DNA of 64,000 nucleotides, from NCBI RefSeq assembly GCF_009914755.1, contig NC_060934.1. One strand, given 5' to 3'. Below the pieces are notes generated by a model, which was not told where the DNA came from, made no database searches, and worked only from the letters and a program-made list of their open reading frames with translations. Below are positions 12,866 through 30,930 of the stretch, one piece after another; within the stretch, counting starts at the first letter, position 1, and the number at the start of each line of letters is the position of its first letter. Source of the stretch: the human T2T-CHM13v2.0 reference genome, Homo sapiens. Both the position numbers and the translations under genes were made by a program.

Positions 12866-15800
12866 TTCTCGGCAATTTCTGAATACAGATCTTAGCAGGG
12901 TGAGGGAAACGGTAATTGTTATTACTACCAACTGGCCCCAAACAGTTATTGCATAACGTTGCACAACTGAGTCCTGGGTAAAATGAGCTTCTTCAGAAAT
13001 TGCCTCGCCAAAGGTGATTTGCCAAGGTTGAATCCTTCGGATTGTCTGCATTGGAACAACCCCCTTGCCCAAGCACTGAGCTTAAGCTAGATAAAAGGAA
13101 ATAAACACTGCTTTAAAAGGGAGTGCACTTTAGCAGCACACAAAAAACAAAGGTGAAGGCTCACATCTGTGTTGCATTGCATAATTGATAAAAGCTGAAG
13201 CACCATTAGAAACAGCCTCATCATCCATACTCCTCTCCTAATCATTTAAATATGTACAGCATGTTTTAGGATGCTTGTTAATGACTCTACGGGCACGTTG
13301 GTAGTCAGAACATTACATGTGGGTTTGAGAAATAGGCCTGGATCATTTGCCAGACAATCTAATTCTGACAGTGTAGTGAAGGCCATCTTCAATTTGACTG
13401 TGCTCCACTCTGTTATGCTGTGAAAGAAAAAGATAATTCAGCTGAGCATTCTGCCGTTGGCTAGAAACACCGCAGTTCTGAATACAAATATTATGCAGGT
13501 AAATGAATCATTAAAAGAATAGAGGCATAAAATATCTGACAGATGAACTCCTAAAGTTTGGACTAGAATAAATTTTCCCATATATGAGCAGTACCTTCAT
13601 CCATCGACTAACAGTGTTAGTTATCCGTTAAGTCACCAAAAAGCATTTATGGTCTTAGAGTAAATGATTGGTAATTATGACTTACAAGGCTATAAATACA
13701 TGGAGGGGATTTGGTGATATCATAATAAACCACGAAAGAAACTGCAGTGGTTTTTAATGTTAGTAGAAACTTAAGAAATATTTAGAGCCGTGTTCGCAGC
13801 CCTACAGTTGTTTTTTTTCTTTTTTCTGGGAGTGTGTGATTGGTGTTTTGTCAAAATGTGCAACTCTACCAATGGACTCAACTCAACTAATGTAAATTAG
13901 GGCCAATGAGAGTGTCCGACTGAGATTAGTCCTCAATTTGTATGACATGTGTTTCAACAAATAGAAAATATTCTTAAAGAAAAATAAGATATTCCCGCAT
14001 GTCTCTCTTTTTTAGTTCCCTAATTTCTGATTCCTTTCTTCTGAATGAGTTTTCTGTAAGTTAAAAAAGACAACAGTGAAAGGCCCTGTTCCTCTCAGCT
14101 TCTTAACCCCAGTTTGCCTGGTTTATCTCCTGTTTTAGATTCTAAAAAGGAAAACATTAATCATGCTTAGCCCTGGACTTTGTTTCCCTACCTGTTACCT
14201 CCTGGTCTAATGGCAGAGATACTGAAAGGGGCACAGACCCACACCAGCCAACTGACCTAGCTCATAGCCACAGGAAGAGCGGCATGTCCCTGGGGCAGTG
14301 AGAGCGAGACTGCACCCAGAACCACTGTCTCATGACACCACCCCACATCTCAATTGAAGATCCAGATGGACAGCTGACCTATATGTCTCTCCCCGACTGG
14401 ACCAGCTCGGCAGAGCATCCTAGATTTGAGTAAAGAGCAACACAATTCTTTGTAAAGCCATTGGCCCCACAGAAAGCTCCATGGAAAATGATACATGCGG
14501 GTGTTAGTGGGAGGTTGAGAACTGCTTGGTGCATTCTTGATTTCTGTGCCTGTGTCCTGATTTCAGGAGACTTCGGTCATCTTTGATTACTGTCATTACT
14601 CTAGCCCCTTCTGTGTGCAGTTACTATAGTTGTATCTAGTGTGTTCAAGGCACCGGGGAAGAAATGACCTGTGCCCCCAGTGTACCTACAGCCTTGGCAT
14701 CATTAGCAACTCTCAGTTAAAGGAGCTTAACACAGAGACAGATGTGCCTGGTGTGAAAAACATTGCCAGGATCTGCCCCAGAGTGATTTTATTTTTGCAG
14801 GTTTCTGTGGTCCTCAAATCCCTTTTAGATTTGCACCTTTCTTGATTTTGAAGTCTGGGGTCAAATATAGAGATCAACTTGCTGGATAATCAGATGTAGT
14901 GGGGAGAGAATCAACACATTAGCAACTGTAGGGAATAGGCAGGCATCAGTCTAAATGGACACAAACTTCAGGGCCACGATAGCAGCCAGGGACCTCTTGT
15001 GTGTGTCAGGAGTTAACCCTTCAGTGTCTGGACTATAGGGTGTCCAGGAACTCCCAAGGGAAGACCAGAGATAGGGAGGAAGAGTCAGGGAGCACTAGGG
15101 AGAGGAGATGGGGCAGCAGCTATTTATTAACCTGCAGGGACGTCTCTCAGTATTTTAAACTGATGAGGCCATTCTAGTGCGTTCTAGCCCTTGCTGCAGT
15201 CCTGGTGTCAGTGTGTTAACCCAGGGGCAGGAATCTGTCTAGTTTCTGTTTGTAGCTTACTGAAATCCCACCCTATAATGCTTAACTGAATAGTGCTCTT
15301 CAAAATGCACCAACTAAAAATAGTTTCATCTGCAGTGTGAACATAGTTTCATATTTATACTAGCATCTGGCCTAAGGAATTGAATACTCCATTCTTTAAA
15401 TAGCTTCACTCCAGCTCTGGAATACTCTGAGAAGAAAATCTCCCCCAGTCAAACACCTTGTTTACATAGGCATGCTTAAATGCAAACAAGCTCCCTTTTT
15501 AAAATGCAGAAGAATATTAATTTGTGAGGCAATGGTGCTTTGGGGTAGTTTTTTGGTGAGTGAAAGTAAAGGGGTTAAGTAGAGAATGAATTTTTTAAAT
15601 GTCTACTTAGTAAAAGATTTCTGAGATGCCTATTATGTTTTAAATTTTTCATTTTCCTAAATTTGATTCAAGAACACATTAATTGTACGTGTGAATTCGG
15701 AATTCCTTCTTTACCATCACATGTGAAGCCAGTTAGAATGAAGTTCTTGGGAAGAAAAATTTATGCTGCCGCTAATGCCCAACAATAATAGAAATATAAG

Positions 15801-18800
15801 CCTAGATATACTTTAACTTTTTCTACCAGCCAATGCTTTGGGGCCGGAAATCATTTGCCAGCATGCAATGAATGTACTTTTGTTAGTCTTAGGGGGATAC
15901 TAATGGTTAGTCCCCATGAAGAAAAATGTGAAAATAACACACAAAAAGGTAAACATTGCGAATGGATGGCTAATGATTAGCTGTTACAGTCCAAAGGGGC
16001 AGGGTATTTTTTTTATAGTTTTATGACCCTTGGCCCAGCCTTTATTGAAAGAACATTGTATGTTCAGAGTTATATATTTCAAACGTACATCTCCTTTGAA
16101 TATCCCTCTTTAAAGATAATAGGAAATTTTTCCATGTTCATTTTTATTTGTAGAGAGAGGAGGATTTTAAATGTATACTAGTTTTAACTCTGTATTAAAG
16201 AGGAGGAACGGTTATTTTTAAACATCCCATTCATGAACCCACAGAGTAAGATATAATAATATACCTTTACCCTCCACCCACCCCAGCCATCCTGAAAATG
16301 AGTGAATGTAGGGCAGTATGATTACTCTGTCATGTAGATGAGTTAGTATTCGGTACATTACTACCACAGTATAGTTATGATATGTCCCTCTCTGAAGTGA
16401 ATGGTTTTTGTGCATATACGTCAATTCAGGAAAAAAATTTTTTTCTATTTAAAATAAAAATGGCTTTTTTGAGTTCCCAAGCGTTCTATTTTTACAACTT
16501 GCAAGAACTACTTTAGTAAATAAAAGAATGTCAGTAGAACACTGGCCACTAAAATGTTAACATATGGGTATATTTGAGGAGTAGTAACATAAAGGCAACT
16601 TTTCAGTCATTGATGTTAAAATTAGATTTGAGGCCATAATCTCAAAGAGGTAGGCCAGGGGTTGTTTTTCATGGTCTACGAAAATAAATGCTTTGGTTGA
16701 ACTAAAGTTATGTGCATTATCTGGGAAACAATGAAATGTCTTAATTTAGACATCACTTTCATTTTTCACCAGTGGGACTTTTCTAGATGAAAATCTAATC
16801 CTGTTCTAAATCATCCTTTTAAAATGTTTTTCCCCATTACAAATGTAATATGTTTGTGTTGCAGAAAGTAAAGATATGCAAAAAGAAGAGATAAAAATCA
16901 GCCATAGTCCCACTATGCAAAGGCTTACCACTGTTAATGGTTTAATTCCAATTTACTATATTTTCTTTTTACTAAGATGTCACTGGTTGTATACAATGCA
17001 TCATTGATTTCACAACAGCTTTTGGGGAACAGGAAACCATTTCATCCTAAATATATGCATGATTTTAAGATATATACTGATTTCAGAAAGTTAAAAAGTG
17101 GTGAGGAGAGGCAGGGAGCACGTTTTAAAATTAGTTTTTAAAAGCCAGCTCTGGCCCTCCTCCCCCAAGAAGTCATCTTTCTCCCTGTGTTTCCAGCTCA
17201 CAGTGAATGCTCTCCCTAGTCCAAGACTCCTAGAATTGTAAGGAATTGCAAAAATTCAATCTAATTTTATTTGCATCCATCACAGTAATTTTCCCATCGT
17301 TCTCTCAGTGATATTGAGATTACTTGCCTTACACAACTGTAGATTTTTTTTTTCACATGCTCTGAATTTTAGAAAATTCTTTGTTTTTACATGGACCAAA
17401 TACCCTGGCTTTACCACATTTTCCCGTTGAGACTAGTTCCCTTAAGGCACCCCATAAGATGAGGGTATAAACTCTTATCCCACATGAAAGTCCTTCAGAT
17501 ACTTTAAAAGCAGTAATCTGTTGCTTTCAAGAGCTCCTGAAATCTTCCTGGTTCTTCTGACATCTCCTAATTTCTAGGTGAAACATCCCTGGTGCTTTCA
17601 ACCTGGAGTATTCCTTAAAGTGCACCTTTGTCATGTGCTTCAGTTAATCAATGCCCATTTAAAAATACTGCCTGCAGACCATATATGTTGTGTAACCAAT
17701 GTGGCATATTATAAGATCTATAACATTTTTTATCCTGGACCTATATTTCCATGAATTCTGCCCGCATTTTATTATTTCTCACTAGCAGTACTCTGTATAT
17801 TGGCTCGTATAGAAATAATGGTTAGCTCAGAAAACCGGGCCTTTTTTTCCCCCAGAACGTATGTAAGATTGCATTTTCCGTTACTAGATTTAGCATTAAT
17901 ACTATCTTTAGGCCATTTTTTAGCCCTTTAAGAGCATTTTGCTCTTCACTCACATACATTTGGATTATATCTTCCAATGGTGTCATCTGCAAGTTTGAGA
18001 AGGCTTCTATAACTTTACTCAAGCAGCTGATTAAAACAAGCAAACACCAAACAAATATGAACCACTCTTATTTGGATGTTACCATATTTCTACTTTAAGA
18101 TATATCTTCCTAACTTGACTCCAACCTAGTGTCTTACAGGAAGAAGCTTATCTTACCGGTCAATATTTGTATTATCCAGAGCTCTTAGTTCAAAGTAAAT
18201 TTTTAATTGATCCATTGGCCGTTAGTGAATCATATATCTACCTTGCTTATCTTCAGCCACCACCACAATTCTTTGTGTGTGAACACAGGGGAAATATGTG
18301 GTATGAGACAACACATCGAACCTGGCTGGCGATGGTTTGTTCACACAGTGTCATGCACCCTACAGCAAAAAAGTTCTTTTCTTGCATCCATATGCTTTGT
18401 TGTAGAATGACAAGTGGAGCTGGTTGATGGCTAAATGTGCATCTTTCAGCTAGATGATTTGTACTGTGTAGACAAACTGCCCAAACATTCAATTTTTCCC
18501 TTTCCAAGCAGATGTTTTGCTAGAATGTAGACACAGCCTCCAAAAATACCTTTCTGGCCTGTGAATGTTAATGTCTCTCTTATGTGTGTGCCATTTACAA
18601 CAGAAAATATAATGCTGGCATTTTATTTCAACAGAATGTTGGAAGTACAGATCGATGTTGTAAAGGTAAGTTGTCCAGGCCCATGGAACAGTTCATATAA
18701 CCTTTTGGTTTGGAAATGCTTGTCGCATTCTTGTAGATAACCATCTATTTGTACATTCTTATTTTTCTTGGTTTATTCAGTAAACACGTAAGGGCCTATT

Positions 18801-19001
18801 ATGCCCAGGCTCCATTAAGCCTTGGATTTTTAGAAAAATTATTGAAAATGCGCATTTTCTTATTGTACGGCAAGTGGGTGGGGGTGGCTCATTTCATGAA
18901 AATTACCTAAGTAAGAATTTATAGGTCTATAAACACACCTAATCTAGTGTGCCACAATAATAATACATTTAACATGGCAAGTCAGCACACACACACATAT
19001 T

Positions 19002-19003
<2 letters not shown>

Positions 19004-19032
<29 letters not shown>
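19004..19032 (+). repeat. (AC)n microsatellite
   Basis: Direct read. Confidence 0.9.
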
Positions 19033-19039
<7 letters not shown>

Positions 19040-21791
19040 GTTTCACCAGGCAGTACTTACCCCTTACCGACAATGCCCTCTGACATTTTCTTTTCTATTA
19101 TATCCTATTTCATTTTTTTAAAAACCCACCCGATTGGTTTTATAATCCTATTAATGGGCTACAAACCTACAGTTTAGAAAATACTAACATACACATAATC
19201 GTTTTTGCCTGATGTCTCTTTCTGGTTAAGCACACTATTTCCAAACTTAACTAAGTGTTTATGGATCCAAATTCGGCTAATTGATACTTAGGTTCTTCCA
19301 ACCCTGTAACAATCCCTGCAGAATTTGCATTTCTTTTCCAAAGTCTAAAAATGAACCCTTTCAAGGTATCCTATTTCTAAGGCACCATTACTGGTACAGT
19401 TCCGTGCTCTTTTTGGTAATCTAATATATTGTCATATGTTACTAAACTACCCATGTCTAAAACAGAAGAACCCCACAGCACAAGTCCATTTATGATACAG
19501 TGCCCTTGATTTTTCAAAATATGTGGATAGGTTTGCTGTTCTTCTCATATACAGTGTGTTTTAGGAATCCATCTTTTAGGCATTGTCTGAATCAGCGTAT
19601 TACTCCTTGATAGAGAAAGAGTGATAATTCCTGCTTTTTGCCCAGGACCTAAGAGAAACTGCTTTCAACAATCCCAAAGACAAAGAAAAGCTTCTATTTA
19701 TAGGCTCCATATGGTTTCTAAAGTTTTAACCAAAGTGAATAGAACAATAATAAATTGCTTTCACATTTCTGCCCATAGAATTGTTTATTTAGCATTTTCT
19801 GTAAAACAAGAGGCCTTCCATCCACATGAAAAGACTGTATTTTGATTGCCTGGGAGATTCAAAATGATTTCTAATCTTGCCACAACTGTCTTCTGCTGTA
19901 TAAATGAAATGTTTCATTTTCAAAGAGACTGTCAGGATATTCTGAAAAGAGTTCCTTAGCTGCTCTGCAATACCCTCCCCCCCAAATAAAGTGCTTTGTT
20001 TTGTATTTTCCAAGAGAACAATGGCATTACTTCTCATATTGGAAGATACGATTTTCAGCAAGTCCTAAAATGCTTATTTGCTAGCAGTTTGTTTCATCAG
20101 GTTCCTCATAGGAATATCTTATTTAATTCACTTACAACCAAAAATTCCCAGTTTTGTGAGGTGGTCAAACAGGATAGTAGCCTTCTGCATATGGAAAAGG
20201 AATTGAACCTATAATATGCATTATGCACACTGTTATCCTTTTTTTTTTCAGAGTCATGGTAATAAGTGTCTACAACAAAATTCCCTTCCTTCATTGAAAT
20301 AGACAGGTCTTTGCTCGACAGCTGGACAGACCATACCAGCCATACCAAGGGACCTGGCATTTTGTGAAGGTGCTGAGGAGGACTGAGTTGAGTTTACCAA
20401 ATCAGCCTTCTTGACCCTTCGGCTTAGCATTTTCAAGTCATTGACATTCTCTTATACCTGTGCCGCTGATCTCTAGACCTGCCATGAGTGTGAAAGAGGC
20501 TTCGTTTTTTAGTGACACTTTACCCAACCAATTTTCACTCAAGAATCTTCATATTCTATTGTCTCACAATCAGAATAAATTGGCATTTTCCTCACTCAGT
20601 CTACTAGGTGCTTTAATTGTGTTTAGAAATAGCCTTTTGATTCTTTTGGATTTGTTTTTTGCCCTAAGAGTCTTGATTTCCGTACTAAATTACCTGACAA
20701 AACTCACTCTCTCCAACATCAATTAAAGGGATTTAAAAAATATAATTACACTTAAAACACTAGAAAGAGTCAAGTTTTTAGCATATGTTATGGCTTGCCA
20801 GTACGAGAAAAGTGACTTAACATCCAAATAAAGAAAAATAGTTAGCCAATCCATTCATTATGTTGATATGATCAGGTCTCCAAGATGCATTTAATCAATA
20901 TATTCTGCCTTGATTAGCCATATTGAAATACTTGAAAACATAACCTACAATATGAAAATCAGACATACTTATAAATGCCAATAGCTTTTATTTAGAGTCA
21001 ACAAGTGATGAAAAAGCTCTTACTTAAATAAATTGACTTTGAGAACAAGAATGCGAACAGAAACATAATTCGTTCATTGTATAATTGTTTTTCCCTGCTG
21101 TGGACATTAGCCTTTGGCATATGGTCTTTGACCATAATCTATGGGTAGATATAGCCAGGGCACTGGAGGAACACGAAGGTGAATTCCAGTTGGGTAACAC
21201 TGGAGAATTCCAGTTAAAACAAGGTTGACTAAAATCTAAAATACACTGTAACATAGACAAAAGAATTCTTATTGTAGATTAAATGTATGTAGAAGATATA
21301 GAAGGATTATTGTGTCTGTTTCAGATGTAATTTCATGCCTGAGAATTTACATTGAAGGAAAAATGGTCTGGATCCCATTAGCGAAGGCCCTGTTTTGCTG
21401 TCAGTTTAATTAAATGGAAACTGCTGGCAAGAGCGCCGAGGAGGTTGATAGAAGCAATGCTATTTTGTATGTTGGAACAGGAAACTGTTAGGTCTTCCAG
21501 TTTGAAAAGGATACAAAAATGAAACCTGTGATTCATTTTTGTTTACAAACTCCTTCCTAGTTTACAATGACCTTAGTGATAAATTAACTAAAATAAGTTA
21601 TACATAGTGAGCAGGACAATAGCTTGATCCCAAGATATGAAATACTAATCTCTGATGAAGAAGGTAGAACTTATTTTTATGTGACTTTCCCCCTAAACAA
21701 TGGATTCCTCAACAAAAGTAATTGTTTCCTTTGGTTTATTTTTCTGTAAGTAGATTGAGAAAAGGAGGAGGGGTATTAGTTTGCTTTTAAA

Positions 21792-21824
<33 letters not shown>

Positions 21825-21826
21825 TA
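21792..21826 (+). repeat. (GT)n microsatellite
   Basis: Direct read. Confidence 0.9.
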
Positions 21827-23011
21827 TAAAACAAAAGAAAGAGAATAAAAAAGAAAGAAAAGGGAAAAAGAGTAAAATAGAGACCCTGAAACAGTGATTT
21901 ATCTGTTAAGTGTATTTGGCATCCTGCCTTTTGGCTGGAATTTTTGAGAGAAACATATTTGGTTTACTTTAATGGGCAAAAGCTCTGAACCTCATTTGTA
22001 GGAAAAAAAGTGCATGTTTTCTTTTCCCTTTTTCAGTTCAGTTTATTATATCTTGACATTCTGTCTTGTAATTGAATAGTAATTCTGGATTTAGAGTGGA
22101 GAAGAAAGAAATTTAAGTCAGTCCTCCTCCCCTCCTTATGTTTCAGAGAAAAGGACTAGCTGATCCCAAAGTTTTAACTTTTTTCACAGCCACCCTTTGA
22201 ACTGGCACCAAAAAAATGATTGTTTAATTTTGCTGAAACTCTGTAGCTGTCTTTGTTCCTTGACTATGCTGAGGGTTGTTGATATGTTTGTGTCTATTCT
22301 AATAATGCAAAGTCAGTATGTGTTATCCGATGGAAATTTTCGATCTCAGTTAAGGAAACAGATTGGCAGTGAAAGTACTCTATTAGATATTGCCATGGTG
22401 GATACATGACATTTTGCATTTGGCGAAGCCTGTAGAACTGCACAATACAGAAAATGAACCTTCATGTAAACTGTAGTCATTATTATAATAATGCATCAAT
22501 ATTGTTTCGCCAGTTTTAACAAAGGTACCACACTAATATATTAAATTTTTAAATGTTTTGTGTGAAGATACTAGCAGGAAAAAAAGATGTCAGTGGCATG
22601 TAAACCTAAATTGAATTTTTTCCTAACTTGGTGCAGCTATTTTATCATTATTTTTAATTGAATATATATTGGATTGTCATCTTCTTGCTCGTTGTGTTGA
22701 GGGGGATTTATCAGAGTTACAAAAACATGAAAGTTTGGTATATTTATTTCAAAAAGGCATGAGCAAGTATTTGAGCCATCCAACGCTGAAGAACTTATAT
22801 GAGGTTATTTTCTTTCTCTATGTCCACGTTTTTCATAATCTCTTTTAATTGTGCTTATTTTGTTATAATAAAAACAATCCATGTTTATCATAAGACAATA
22901 CAAAGAAACAGAAAGAAAAAAATTATCCAGAATACCACCATACTGAGATAACTAGTGTTGATATTTGCCTGTTATTCTATATTTTTTATCTGCTTATATG
23001 TTGGATATTAA

Positions 23012-23397
<386 letters not shown>

Positions 23398-26300
23398 TAA
23401 ATATTCATCTGTAGCATCATTTTTAGTGATGAACTCCACTGTATTCTATTATGGAAGTGCCATAGCTTATCTGACTATCCCCCTATTGCTGGACTTTGGG
23501 TTTTTTCCTCCAGCTTTTGTATATAATAAACAGTGCTCTCAGAGACATCCCTGAAGTCATATTATTATTTCTTTAGGATAAACTCCTAGAAGTGGAGCTT
23601 GTCAGATCAAAGTTCAAAGCAGAATTCTCAGACTTTTCCTAGGTGCTGGTCAAACTGTAAAAAACATTTTCGGTAGAATTAGGATCTTGTGTATATTGAA
23701 AATCCCTCAATGATTGCATTTGCTACAGCCAGTGTGAAATGAACAAATTTATTATCAAGTTTCATGAGAAGTTGGGCAAACTTAGATATAGCCAATCTTG
23801 GACAGACTTGTACTTTCTGTGCAGAACATGTTTCTATATCCAGAATTCTATCTCCAGCTCTCAGACTATGATGAGGAAAGACAACCCAACACTAAGAGAG
23901 CTCCTGATCATTCCCTCCTCTACCTATGAGAACCATCCACAATGAGCCTCTGAGGGCCTATATTTGTATCAAGGCTTCCAGTTGAAGAGACATACCCAGT
24001 GCCCTTTAGAATGTTCTGGGTCTATGCTGTTTGTATGTGGCGGGGGAGGGGAAAAAGGGTGGTGACGTTCTTTTCCAGTCTCTGCTCTTACAGGGGAATA
24101 GAGGAACCTCATTAGAAAACTAGCAAAGTGATGGGCTGAGACCCTCTGTGAAAGGGTTAACCCAAAAGGTTTTGTAGCCAATGAGCATTTATCCTGATGA
24201 TGTCACAATGCTGATATCAGGGGCTCCAGGGCTCTGGGGAGTTCATTATGAAATCACTCAGAACTGGAAACATTCATTCCACTATTTGTGGCTTTTTTGA
24301 TAAACAAGGATAAATTGAAGTTTTAATAGACTGGGGCTACATTTGTTGCTCCAGGTTCCTGAAGATCATTATTTTTAGTCATACTTAAATTCACACACAC
24401 ATGCATACACACACACACACACACCAGATGCCAGTGTAAAAAATGGGAGGGGGGAAGCTTTTAATCTTTATTATTGATTTTCTGTGTGTACAATTTTATC
24501 TAAAGAGTATGGTTTACCAGCCATTGTGGAGCTAGGCTTTAATGCCAATAAAAAGCTTTGCTTGATCCTTAGAAAATAAAATGAGATATTCAGGCAGCTA
24601 GTTTATTTTATTTCTTTTCTTTTCCACATCAAGACAGTATTTCAAATAATTAGGTTGATTTATTATTACAAATAGTTCGAAGATGTAAGATGCTTTTACA
24701 GTGCAGTGCGGGTTTATTGTATCTGGCCTTATCCAATTATAAAATCGAGTTTAGTCATGTAATGATTCTCTAACTAAAATATCAATCACAGTGAATGGAC
24801 TTTTGCGATGTATATACTGTGAGGCTATTTTGAGCTTCTCTCTTTAAGGCACCCGCACATCTGAATATGCTTACTTGGCTTTACTCTTTAACATATAAGA
24901 ACACATGAAACTTTGGCTAAATTTAGCCTCTGGAGTCCAATGCACATGCTTGGTGACAGCAAAGGGAGAGGTTTTGACAACAAGCAGGATATGATACACC
25001 AGAGTAATTATTTCCGCAAGACAATGAGCATTCTACATTATTTGTACAAATAACGCAAAGTGATTATTTGGCTGTGCCATTGTAATGAGACAATGAAGAT
25101 CATATTTAATTTTAAAACAATATCTTCTAGGGTCTTTTTTGTTCTGAGTATTCTGGACTACTAAAACAAACTTGATTTGCTGCTATGGTTAACAATCACA
25201 TTTTAAGTGGGGGACAGAGAGAAAGAGAGAGAGGAGAACAAATCTTTCCCCCTCTTCCCATTAACTCTAGCATTCCAGAAATCATGATAAGGGTATGTGG
25301 GACAGGAATGTTGAAATAAGTCACTTATTTCACTATTTTTCCATATTGTTCACATAACCATTTATTTATAATAATTTGAGTAATCTCAGAGTTCCTCCTA
25401 AAGGCTTTTTTTGGCCTGGATAAAAAGTACAGCTTTAAGATATTTCTCCTAAAATAAATTTGAGACGGTCTCATTTATAGTCAGCAGTGCCTTGATTACT
25501 TGCAGACACACTGGAAATTTACATGCGCTTTTCTCCTTTATAAAACACTGATCTGTTCATATCATTAGTTCCCTCATGACTAGTGCTTGGCTGCTTGCCA
25601 AGCGGTCTAAATCTGTAGTTGTAAATCGTGAGTTGAAATAGCAGAAAGTGGATTTGTAACTTAAAAAGTGTAAACAGTTTGGAAAATGAAGTAATTTTGG
25701 AGTATGATTGATTGCCTTGTGATTGTACTTTAAATTAGCCTGGGGTCTCGGGGGCAGATATGTGCTCTAACTGCTTATTACACATTTTCAGTTTTCGAAG
25801 GAATAATAGCATTGTTGGTAGGCTTTTAAACAATGTATGCATCTCCTGGAGTGACCTTTTAGGAAATGAATAGTTTTATTGTGTGTCCATTACTTTGCCT
25901 GAAACAACATTTTTGAGTTATTAATTTGACTTGTTCTATAAATAAAGAATTCAAAATGCAAAGCAGCTGTGCAACCCAGAGCATAGTATATCATGCTTCA
26001 GAACCACTGTTTGAGATGGATAATCCATAGAACAAATGGTTTCTTGGGTGATACATTAATAATGTTTCTGGAGCCTCTGGTTACCAAAGATTAGCCCCTC
26101 AATATTGCAGAAGCCAAAAATTATTATTAAGGAGGACAATCGATTAGTTGGCCTTCCAACACACTGGAAGTAGAGGTCTGCGTTTTTTAAAAGGATCCCA
26201 GTTCACTTAACAGCATAAATAGAAAGTGGGAGTAGCTCAGTGGGTAATGTCTGCACAAAGTGTAGCAGTTGTGACAGAGGAGAAAGACTTGGAGTTAGAA

Positions 26301-26929
26301 AGCCTGAGGCCAGATGTCTTTTTCTCTCATTTACCAGCTGAGTCATCCTAGACAAGTCACTGAGTCTCCGATCCTCTTTTTTTTTTGGCTACCAGTAAAC
26401 TGGGTATAAGAATTCCAACCCTGCAAAATTGTTGTGAGATTGAAATTATTTAAAAGATTTGAAAAGGGTTTTATAAGTATTAAATGGTCTATATTGCATG
26501 AGTACCATCATTATTATTAGAACTATTGTCATTGCATTACTCTTACACTGTCTTTGGTGACTTTGCCTGTCTATTAATATTGAGAATAGCTGATGGATGT
26601 AAATTCTGAGCAATAGTCTTATTCACTCTTTGCTTTCATAGGGAGCGATCTAGAAATAATTTTTGTATATTAATAATAGAATTCTAGTTTTTGAGTATGG
26701 AAACAATTTTCCAATTATAGCTATTTCTTTGTATTTATTACTTCTTCCTTGTCTAATTCAGCATTTTGGGGGGAATCACATTTTGTTTCCATGTTTAGAG
26801 AGGAAGAATCTCAGTTCCTTAAGCATTTATTAGAGCTTTTAATACATGTCAGACAGGGCCTGGGTTAAGCACTAGGAATACAGTGGTGGAAGGAATGTAG
26901 TCTTTGCCTTTATAAATGTCCATGCCTTC

Positions 26930-27195
26930 AGGCATACTTTGCCAATAGAATGCTCTTCAATGATGGAAATATTTTGTATCTCTGTTCTGTGTCCAGTAAG
27001 GTACCACTGGCTACACATGGCTGTTGACCACTTGAAATGTGGCTAATATGACTGAGAAACTGAATTTTTAGTGTATAAAATTTATTTTGTTCTAATTAAT
27101 TTAACTTTATATTGCCGCATGCAGCTATAATGGCAAAAACTGCAGTTACTTTTGCAACTACATAACAGAAGCTATTCTATTGGATAATCCAGCTC
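26930..27195. mobile_element. MER3 (hAT-Charlie) containing a half MADE1
   Basis: CCAATAGAA...GATGGAAAT...CACTTGAAATGTGGCTA...GACTGAGAAACTGAATTTT. The inserted TAATGGCAAAAACTGCAGTTACTTTTGCA lies at 27128-27165. Confidence 0.8.
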
Positions 27196-27678
27196 CAGAG
27201 TAAATGGCTTTAATTGCCAGTTTGGAAGGTAAAGTGGGGTATTTCATAGACACGTGGAAGCCTAAATAACTGTGTATATTTGCTCCCTAATGAAGCACAA
27301 TGCCAAGGCTCAGGAAATTGGTGTTTGGATAGTACCAATGGAAAAAAGCAGATGGATTGCTTTTTAGAGTGTATGCTGTTGAAACATCGAAGTGGTACAT
27401 ACTGATGGGGAAAATGAATAAAATTCTCAAACAGTGCCTAACCTTGGTGAGCGGGCAAAGATGGTGGTGCCGCTGAAACTCTGCCAGCGGGAGAATGTTC
27501 ATTGAGTCAGTGGAAGGTGGTTTGGAGCATCAACACCCAATAGACATATTTGCAAGATTTACAAATGTTGAACTACAGAATAAGTGACTCTCTGCCACAC
27601 AGGATCTTAAATTACGTAGCACTTCACAGTTCCATTTTGAGTTATCCAAATTCATTTGTGTTTGTGGGAGAGAAACTT

Positions 27679-30051
<2,373 letters not shown>

Positions 30052-30555
30052 CTACATTAGTGAGTTTCCTCTGGGAGAGGAAGCAACTTTTGGCATTGTG
30101 GAACAGTTATTTAAATACTTGTGGCAAAGAAGAAAAGTCTAATATTAGAGCAGGAACAGAGACTTTAGACATCATGGAATCCAATCTTGTTTTTGTTTTT
30201 TAAATTCCGTGTTCCTGGTGAGCCATGTAGATCGTAGGAAGGATTTCACAGAGTCGATGGGAGAACTGGAGGAGGGCTTGGTTTACATCCACACTCCATG
30301 CAAACACTAACGTCATCACTCCCAGCCAACACTTCTCCCCATGACTCTTCAACTGGTTCCCAATTGGAGGTCTTTTCTCCAGGCGTCTCCCACGTGGAGG
30401 CCCCTTTTGCAGAACACCACTGCCAGGACCACTGCCCTTCCAAATGTCCTTCCCCAGCTCCAAGTCCTTAGCAAACCAGGGGTCTACCCTCTATCCAGGT
30501 CTGGCACAAACAGTAGCCACAGCAACCACAGTGATTAGGGCCCATAGTACTTTTA

Positions 30556-30930
<375 letters not shown>

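Noticed and set aside
25585-25640. tRNA-like D-arm (TTGCCAAGCGGTCTAA); also TAGCTCAGTGG at about 26233
   Set aside because: No B-box/TPsiC arm and no acceptor-stem pairing.
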